Shown here piece by piece: positions 46,352-54,500 of a DNA stretch of 64,000 nt (positions are counted from its first letter, which is position 1; each line of letters opens with the position of its first letter). The position numbers and the translations under genes were made by a program. The stretch is from a bacterium (GTDB lineage: Bacteria; Desulfobacterota; DSWW01). The notes under the pieces are model-generated. The model did no database searches, was not told the DNA's origin, and was given only the letters and a program-made list of their open reading frames with translations. The stretch is taken from contig JBFLZG010000084.1 of NCBI GenBank assembly GCA_040756235.1, positions 1-64,000 of the forward strand. The letters are read 5' to 3'.

Positions 46352-46795
46352 ATGCTGGTACGCTGGAATCCTTTGCGGGACCTGGAAACGTTGCACGGCG
46401 AGATCGATCGGATTTTCGACGAAGCTGTCGGACGTCCTGTCATGAGAGGCGAAACGAGGACGGCAAGCTGGGTGCCGACCGTGGACATTCACGAGGACCA
46501 GGACGGCGTCAACCTCTCGGCCGACCTTCCGGGGATGACCCAGAAGGACGTCAAGGTGAACATCGACAACGGCATTCTGACCTTGTCCGGTGAGAGGAAG
46601 CTGGAGCGCGAGAACAAGAAAGAGAGCTACCATCGCCTTGAGAGGTTCTACGGCAGCTTCAGCCGTTCCTTCTCCCTGCCCAACACGGTCAACACGGAGA
46701 AGGTCGACGCCCGAATGGAGCACGGCGTGCTCAAGATCCATCTCCCCAAGAGGGAAGAGGCGAAGCCGAAGCAGATCGAGATCAAGGTCAGCTAA
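46352..46795 (+). CDS. Hsp20/alpha-crystallin small heat-shock protein
   Basis: PTVDI.E, ADLPG, ERFYGSFSRSFSLP, GVLKIHLPK, IEI. Confidence 0.95.
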   Translation: MLVRWNPLRDLETLHGEIDRIFDEAVGRPVMRGETRTASWVPTVDIHEDQDGVNLSADLPGMTQKDVKVNIDNGILTLSGERKLERENKKESYHRLERFYGSFSRSFSLPNTVNTEKVDARMEHGVLKIHLPKREEAKPKQIEIKVS

Positions 46796-46948
46796 GGGAA
46801 GTCGCGGCCGTGGGTCTCCGCCTCAAGGTCTTTCCTGCGGGACCCGCGGCCACGGCCGCACCGCTGAGCAAATCGAAGCGGCGCTTCTTGCATGAAGGAA
46901 GCCCGACATGCGAGTGCAGATTGCTTCCCCCAGTCAGCCGAGATCCTG

Positions 46949-47296
46949 ATGAAGAACTACTTAGAGCTGGTCCCACAAGCTCTGGTTCGGGAGCCTGTTC
47001 AACAATGCCCAGATGCCAGGCGCGCGAAATCCCGAGGAATGAGGCGTACATTTCAGTACGCCGCAATGACGAGGGACGAGCGCAACGCCGCAGATGGGCG
47101 TTTTGGGACAGGCTCTACTTACGTCATCTTGGAGCTCACCAGGCAGGCCAGCGAGGAAGACATCCGCAGGGCCCATCGCAGGCTGGCCGCCCGGTATCAC
47201 CCGGACGTGAGCCGGGAACCTGACCCCGACAAGTTCCGAGAGAGGACCCACATGAGGAGGAAGGAAAATGGCTCTTCGTTTCGATCCCGTCCGTGA
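46949..47296 (+). pseudogene. Truncated J-domain (DnaJ-like) gene interrupted in frame by a MITE-like element
   Basis: MKNY [159-nt insert] YVILELTRQASEEDIRRAHRRLAARYHPDV...FRE, then diverges before helix IV. Confidence 0.75.
46962..47117. mobile_element. MITE-like element, copy D
   Basis: TAGAGCTGGTCCCACAA and a second left end GAGCCTGTTCAACAA pair with TTTTGGGACAGGCTCTA; interior matches 42056-42183. Confidence 0.75.
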
Positions 47297-47711
47297 AATG
47301 GACGGCATCCGGGAAGGAGTCCGGCGGGTCTTTCAGGATTCCCTGACCAAAATGCGAAAGGAGAAAGGCGGGACCGAGCTCACGGAGTGGGTTCCGCTGA
47401 TCGACATGTTTCATGACAAGGATGTCTTCATCCTGAGCATGGATCTGCCGGGGGTGGACAGGAAGGACGTCGAGATCCGGCTGAACGAAGACGTGCTTAC
47501 GGTCCGAGGCGACCGGAAGCTCGAGAAGCAGAGCCAGTATTATCTCAGGATCGAGTCGCCTTACGGGACATTCGAGCGTTCCTTTACCGTTCCCGACTCG
47601 GTGGACACGGGCAAGATCGAGGCCAAGCTCGAAAAGGGCGTGCTCGAGATCGTCCTGCCCCGGAGAGAAGAACCCGGGCCCAGGCAGGTCCAGATCGCGG
47701 TCAAGGAGTGA
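47268..47711 (+). CDS. Hsp20/alpha-crystallin small heat-shock protein (second copy)
   Basis: WVPLID, DLPGV, YGTFERSF, GVLEIVLPR. Confidence 0.92.
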   Translation: MALRFDPVREMDGIREGVRRVFQDSLTKMRKEKGGTELTEWVPLIDMFHDKDVFILSMDLPGVDRKDVEIRLNEDVLTVRGDRKLEKQSQYYLRIESPYGTFERSFTVPDSVDTGKIEAKLEKGVLEIVLPRREEPGPRQVQIAVKE

Positions 47712-47735
47712 GCGCGGGCTTGGCTTTTTGAGCGC

Positions 47736-47775
47736 GACAGAACCGGGCGCCACTTCGGCGCCCGGTTCTGTCTTT
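47736..47775 (+). terminator. Rho-independent terminator
   Basis: GACAGAACCGGGCGCC-ACTTC-GGCGCCCGGTTCTGTC perfect 16-bp stem followed by TTT. Confidence 0.75.
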
Positions 47776-47903
47776 CAGGGACGGAAGGATCTGCACCGCA
47801 GGTGCAAGAGCTGCACCGGGAAACCCGCCGACTTCACGTTCCCTTCAGCCCTTTCGGTGGAGAATTCATTGGTGCCATGGGGTCTCCGGCGCTCTTCCCG
47901 GAT

Positions 47904-47919
47904 TGGCACCGCTTTTGCT
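47904..47919 (+). promoter_or_regulatory. Sigma-54 (-24/-12) promoter
   Basis: TGGCACCGCTTTTGCT consensus match ~85 nt upstream of the ATG at 48005. Confidence 0.75.
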
Positions 47920-48004
47920 CAAGGGTTCGGAAGGCTCAGGGCGATTTCACCATGGGGGATTGAGGCGGAGTCCACGAGTCTTCCATAATCGGGAGGGAAC
48001 GCAC

Positions 48005-48412
48005 ATGAGAACATCGAGTCTGAAGCTTCTTGGCATCTGCTTGCTGTTGCTTGCAGCCGTCTCGGGCATTCGCGCCTCGCAAGCCCGGGCGCTGGAGGTC
48101 GCCATCGACATCAGTCCGAACGTTCTGAACCTCGAGAGCCAGGGGACGGTCGTCACCGTGCACACGGACCTGGACTATGAGCAGGTGGACGCCTACTCGG
48201 TCTACCTGAACGATGTTGCGATCAGCAGCTGGAAGGCGGACAACCGCGGGGACTTCGTCGCCAAGTTCTCCATGGAGGAGGTCAAGAGCCTGGATGGGCT
48301 GGTCATCGATGAATACAACACTCTGCAAATAGCGGGGGTGACCACCGATGGCGAGGCGTTCGCGGGGGCACAGGACATCCTGGTGATCGACAAGATTCCC
48401 CGGGGGCAGTAA
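48005..48412 (+). CDS. Small exported hypothetical protein
   Basis: Signal peptide MRTSSLKLLGICLLLLAAV...ARA; GGAGG RBS; IDISPNVLNLESQG beta-rich body. Confidence 0.75.
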   Translation: MRTSSLKLLGICLLLLAAVSGIRASQARALEVAIDISPNVLNLESQGTVVTVHTDLDYEQVDAYSVYLNDVAISSWKADNRGDFVAKFSMEEVKSLDGLVIDEYNTLQIAGVTTDGEAFAGAQDILVIDKIPRGQ

Positions 48413-48591
48413 TCCGGATGATCGGGTTTGGCTCGTTTCCCATGGTGCGCAGGGGGGCGGAGCCTGGCGGGCTTCCGCCCCCTTTCATTCTCGGGCCGCA
48501 TACACGGGTGCTGCCCGTCCTCTCGCTCTCGAGCGGCCGCGCGCTGCAGTCACGGACACGGCACTGCAAGGCTGCGTCGAGAGCTCTCCGT

Positions 48592-51500
48592 TCAGCGGAT
48601 CTTCTTCTTCGCCTCGTTGTTGTTCTCGTTGCTCTCCTGGACGGTCTGGTCGGCATCGGTCACGGCAACGAGAGAGCCGTCTTTCGGGTCCGAACGGAAC
48701 CAGTAGATGCGAAGATCGAGCGTGGTCCGCCCCTTGGCAAGCCTTGAAATGCCGGTCCTGTCGAGATACTGCCGATCCGAGCTGCCTTGCGGACTGTAGT
48801 AGTACCGGATCTTGAACGCCCCTGCATCGGCGTCTCCGATGTTCGCCACCTTCAAGGTGGCAAGCACGAACCATCCTCGGGGCGTTCTGATTTTCAGGTA
48901 AAGGAGTTTGCTCCAGCTGCCCTTCAGGTCCGGCCTTGCGGCGGCGCAGTCGGGGTCCTGGGCGTCGACCAAGCCGTCGCAGTCGTTGTCCTCGCCGTCG
49001 TCACAGGACTCCGCCGTACCCGGATGCGTCGCCGGGTCGTCGTCCGCGCAGTCTCCCTGGCACGACGTGTAACCGTCTCCATCCTCGTCAAAGCCTTCGT
49101 CCACCTCTGCGTCGCAGTTGTCATCGATGCCGTTACAGGTCTCGGCAGCACCGGGATTGACGAGGGCCTCGCTGTCATTGCAGTCGGTCGCGTTTTCCAC
49201 GTAGGCCGGCGGCGGCGCGCAGGCTTCGACGGTGAGGCCGGGATCGGGATCGCCGTATCCGTCACCATCAAGGTCCAGGTAGTAGGTGCTCAAGACGCCC
49301 TCGTCCGTCTGCCCGTCGCAATTGTTGTCTCGCCCGTCGCAGACCTCCTCGGCCGGAATGCCGGGCATGCAGTCGTTGAGCGGCAGGCCGTTCTCACACG
49401 AGAGGACGCCCGTGGAAGAGCACTCGCCGACCCCGCAGGAGGTGGGAGTCGGGGTGAAGTTTTCGTCTGCTGCGCCGTTGCAGTTCTCGTCTACGCCATT
49501 GCAGTCGTCGTCGGCGCCGGTCGGGTCGCCGGGCTCGCAGGTATCGACGAGGGCTCCGGCCTGGCAGGTGCTCTGGCCGGTCGCGGCGCAGACGCCCTGG
49601 CCGCAGGAGGTGGGGGTCGGAATGAAATCTTCGTCCACGTCGTCATCGCAGTCATCGTCTGCGCCGTTGCAGACCGACTCCGCAATGCCGGAAGGAGTGC
49701 ACACGTATTCACAGCTGCTGTCGTCCGAATCGGCCGCCCCATCGCAGTCGTTGTCCTGACCATCGGTGCAATTCGGGGCCCCGTAGGGGCCTTCAGCCTG
49801 CGGCTCGCCGGGCTCGCAGGTGTCGACGAGCGCGCCACCCTGGCAGGTATTCTGTCCTGTTGACGCGCAGACGCCTTGGCCGCAGGAGGTCGGCTCCGGC
49901 ACGAAGTCCTCGTCCGCGTCGCCGTCGCAATCATCGTCTGCGCCGTTGCACTCGGTTTCCGGGATCCCGGTTGGAGTGCAGGCATATTCACAGTTGCTGT
50001 CGTCCGCATCGGCTGCCCCGTCGCAGTCATTGTCCAGACCGTCGCTGCAGGTCGGGGCCCCGTAAGGACCTTCGGCCTGCGGCTCTCCGGGCTCGCAGGT
50101 GTCGACGAGGGCTCCGGCCTGGCAGGTGCTCTGGCCGGTGGCCGCGCAGACGCCCTGGCCGCAGAAGGTGGGAGTCGGAACGAAGTCCTCGTCCGCGCCG
50201 CCGTCGCAGTCGTCGTCCGCGCCATTGCATTCCGACTCCGGAACTCCGGTTGGTGCGCAGAGCTCGACGTGGACCTCGGCCGTGTCGACCCCGTTCAGAC
50301 CTTCGTCGTCCCACACCTGCAAGGTCACGGCGCCGACGAACTCGGTGTCCCAGGTGTGTTCCATGAACGGGACCTCGGACCCGTCGTCATAATAGCCGTC
50401 GTTGTCCCAGTCCCACTCGTACCATTGGATCTGGCCGTTGCGATCGTGAGAAGCGCTGGCATCGAAGATCACGGGAGCGCCCGGGCTTCCGAAGTAGGGT
50501 CCGCCGGCCTCGGCCACCGGCTCCCCGTAGTTTACGTCCACCGAGGCGGTGTCGATCGCAGCGTTTCCGTCATCGTCCCACACCTGCAGCGTGACGGTGC
50601 CGACGAATGCGTCGTCCCACGTGTGCTCGATGACAGGGGAGCTGCCCGCGTCGTCGGGATAGCCGTCATCGTCCCAATCCCACTCGTACCAGACGATCTG
50701 ACCGTTGGGATCGTAGGAGGCGCTGGCATCAAACAGGATCGGCAAAGCTGCGACCCCGAGATACGGTCCCCCGGCCTCGGCCACCAGCTGGCCGGAAGCG
50801 ACGAAGACGGAGGCGGTGTCGATTCCGGTCAGATCCCGGTCGTCCCGGACCCGCAGGGTGACGGTGCCGGAAAACTCGTTGTCCCACGTGTGCTCGATGG
50901 AAGGAGAAGAGCCCGCGTCGTCATAATTGCCGTCGTTGTCCCAGTCCCACTCGTACCACACGATCTCGCCGTCGATATCGTGGGAGCCGCCGGCATCGAA
51001 CAGGATCGGGAGGCCAGCGACGCCCTGGTAGGGTCCCCCGGCCTCGGCCACCGGCTCCCCGAAGCCCACGTCCACGGCAGCAGTGTCGGTGCCCGTCTGA
51101 TCCTCGTCATCCCAGACCCGCAGCGTGACCGTGCCGGTGAATTCGGCGTTCCAGGTGTGCTGGGCGGCAGGGGACGCGCTCTGGTCGTCGAAAACGCCGT
51201 CCCCGTCCCAGTCCCACTCGTACCGGACGATCTCGCCGTCCGGGTCATGGGAGCCGCTCGCATCGAACAAGACCGGCGACCCGATGACGCCCGCGTAGGG
51301 CCCGCCGGCCTCGGCCACCGGGAGCCTGGCAACGAGCTCCGCATAGGCTGCGCCGAATCCGGTCAGGCCGTCGTTGTCCACGACCTTCAGCCGGACCAGG
51401 CCGGTGTATTCGTTGACCCAGGTGTGCTCGATGACCGGATCAAAGGTCGTCTCATCGGAGGTCCCGTCCCCATTCCAATCCCATTCGTAGCGGACGATGG

Positions 51501-54500
51501 ATCCGTCCGGGTCCTCTGAGCCGCTCGCATCCAGTACGACCGGGAGCCCCACGGTCCCCGAGTAGGGGCCGCCTGCCCGGGCGACCGGGACCATCGGCAC
51601 GACTTCCACGGAGGTCGTGTCCGTGGCCGTCAGCCCGCCCCTGTCGATGATCCTCAGGATGACGGTGCCGCTGTAGGGGGTGACCCACAGGTGCTCGACG
51701 GCCGGCGAGGAGGTCGTCTCGTCGAAGATCCCGTCTCCGTCCCAGTCCCACTCGTAGAGGGAAATGCCGCCCGTCGTCCCTTCGTCGGTGGAACCGCCGG
51801 CGTCGAAGAGGATCGGAAGCCCCACCGCGCCCTCGTAAGGACCGCCCGCCGCCGCGACGGGCGGAAACTCCACGCCCACGATCGAGACGATGCCGTTGGT
51901 CCGGGTCTCCTCGGGCACCGAGGGGAAGTACACGGTTCCGTAGTTGACCACCTCGGTCCCGTCCGGGGCGTCTCCCCGCACGTTGACAGTGAAATCGGCG
52001 TAACCGCCCATGTGCGGTCCCACGGTCCCCACGAACCAGGTGACGGTCCTGGTCTGCGGGTCGTAGATGCCCGGCGGGGCGATCTCGACGCCGGTCGCGA
52101 CGTCCAGGACCGGCCCGAGGCTCAGGGTGGAGTCGTCGAGATCCGAGTCCAGGATGTCGGTGAAGTACACGCCGTAAGCGATCCCTTCTCCCTCGTTCTC
52201 GAACTCCACCCGGTAGCTCAGGGTCTGTCCGGCCGAGATGCTCCCCTCGGGCCCGTATTTCGCATTGGGGTCATGGGCGAGGGCCACGAAGAGACCGTGA
52301 CAGCTCAGGTTGCGCACCTTGTCGGCAGGGAGCGTCCGGAGGTAACGCTTCATCATCTCCTCAACTTCGTGCATCTCAGCCTCGGCCTCCACCAGGCGGC
52401 GCTCCTCGATGAGCGCGCGTATGGTAGCGGTGTACTCGAGGCCTGTCTCTGCGGCGTCCGCGCCTACGGTCCAGCTGGCAGATGCGCTTCTTTCTGCCAG
52501 AGCGCCCCAGGTATCATCCGCAAGATCCAGGCTCATCAGCGCGGAATCGTATTCCCCCTCTTCAGCGCGCTTCAGGGCATACGCAATCAGGAAATCGGCT
52601 TGCGCCTGGTGGGCCTCGATTTCTCCGGCTTGTCTTCCGCCCCAGAATTCCCCCGCCACCTGCTTTCGGTGCTTATTCTCGTGAACCATGACACTGGCCA
52701 AGAACAACTGGTTCTCCTCAGGGGTGCCCAGGGAACCCTGCATCGATGGCGGAATATCCCGGAAGCAGTAGCCATCGAGGTCGTTGTAGCTGGAGTTATG
52801 GACCTCCAGGGCGTTGCCGACATTTGTGCCCACAATGTCATAGCCCGTCCCGCCGCCCAGATACATTTCGCACAGACCCAGCTCATTGAGCACGAACTGG
52901 CCGTTCCAGAGTCCCTGACTCTCCGGGGTGGTGTCCACGTTGAGCCGCCCCTGCTCCCGTAGCTCAAGGAGTTCGAGCGCTTCATTGGGCGAGACCTGTT
53001 CGACCAGGTCGATGGCATCCTGGACGTTTTGGTCCAGGTAATAGTCGTCGCGGACGTCGTAATCCGTATCGTTGCTGGGTGGTGCCCAGGGGATAACAGG
53101 ATCTGCATAGAGCATCATGGCCTCATTCCACCACGGCGTCAGGGCCGTCATCTCGGGGGAGAGGACCGTGTCGATCTCCGGGTTGGCACAACCGATCAGG
53201 GTCTGGTTGTCGAACTGGACGTTCTGGATCAGCCCGCGCGTCATGACGCCCGTCACGCTGACCAGCCCCTGCTCCCCGGGCGCGAGCGTTCCCACGTTCC
53301 ACACCACTTCGTGGCTGTCCGGCAGGTAGACGCCGCCGCCCGTGCTCGTCAGGTACGCCACCTCGACCGGGAGCCTGTCCACCACGAACGCGCCCTGGGC
53401 AGCGATCGCCCCGCGGTTGCAGTACGAGACCATGTAATCGATGTAATCGATCGTGAGCCCGGGGCTGACCCGGTCCGGGCCCCAGGTCGCGACTTCGAGG
53501 TCGGGCATGGGCGCGGTGCCGGCGCCGAGATCGAGCCGCTCCAGGCGCACCACGAGCTTTCTCTGGGGCCCGGTCTCGTCCATCGTGATCGCCGCGATCC
53601 CCAGGAGCGAGCCGGTGAGGAGGCCCTTCATCTCCACGCGGCCCGGCGAGGTCGCCTCGTCCCAGGTCCAGCCCAGCCCGGGTCCCGGGTCGGCCACGTA
53701 GGAAAGGATGGAGAACCCCTGGCCCTGGTAAGGGCTGCTTTCGTCGTCGATCAGCACCTGCGTGAAGGTCACGCCGAGCCGGTTGGTGTAATAAGCGACG
53801 CCTTCTGCCTCGAGGGACGTCTGGAGCAGCCGCAGCCCGGTCGACGGGTATTCGACCTGCGCCGCGTGGCCTGCCGTACCCGTCAGCTCGACCGTGCCGG
53901 AAACCTTCTGACCCGCCACCTCGTGCAGCCTCCAGCTCGCCCGGAACCGGTCGAAGAGCCCGCTTCCGGCGGTCGACTCGCTCAGGGATCCTTCGACCAC
54001 GGCCGAGATGTCGCCGGATACGGTGCCCTTCAGCTCGACCGTTTCGTCGGCTTCGTTCGGGAAGAACATCCCTCGCCAGGTGCCGCTGAACGGGCTCCCG
54101 TCGATGGAGGCCTCCCACGTGCCCGTGGAGAACCCTTTGCCCGCGAACGGCCCTGTCCGGATGCTCACCATCTCCAGATCTGTGAAGCTGATCGTTCCCG
54201 TGAGAGCGCCGGTCAGGGCGGCATCGGCGATGGAGACCGCCCGGCTGGCAAGGGTCTCCTCCGCGTTCGAGCTGCTCGAGAACGTCTCCCGCAGCTGGCC
54301 GGCCGAGAACCCGTTCAGCTTGGCCACAAATCCGTCCTTCACGCCGTTGAAGCCCGTGTCGTAGGCGTCGGCGGTAGCCGGGAAATCCATGGAGAAAGTG
54401 TCTCCGGAGACGTAGAGATTCCCCAGACCGTCGGTCACCAGCGACTTGCCGTAGTCATCGGAGGCGCCGCCCAGAAAGGAGGAGGCGAACAGGGTGCTCA

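Noticed and set aside
48945..51865. CRISPR-like or non-coding tandem array
   Set aside because: Repeats are in-frame protein domains with codon-level variation; no constant repeat/unique spacer pattern and no cas genes
53433..53452. 9-bp tandem duplication (IDYIDY) in the surface gene
   Set aside because: Two copies, in frame; not enough to suggest phase variation
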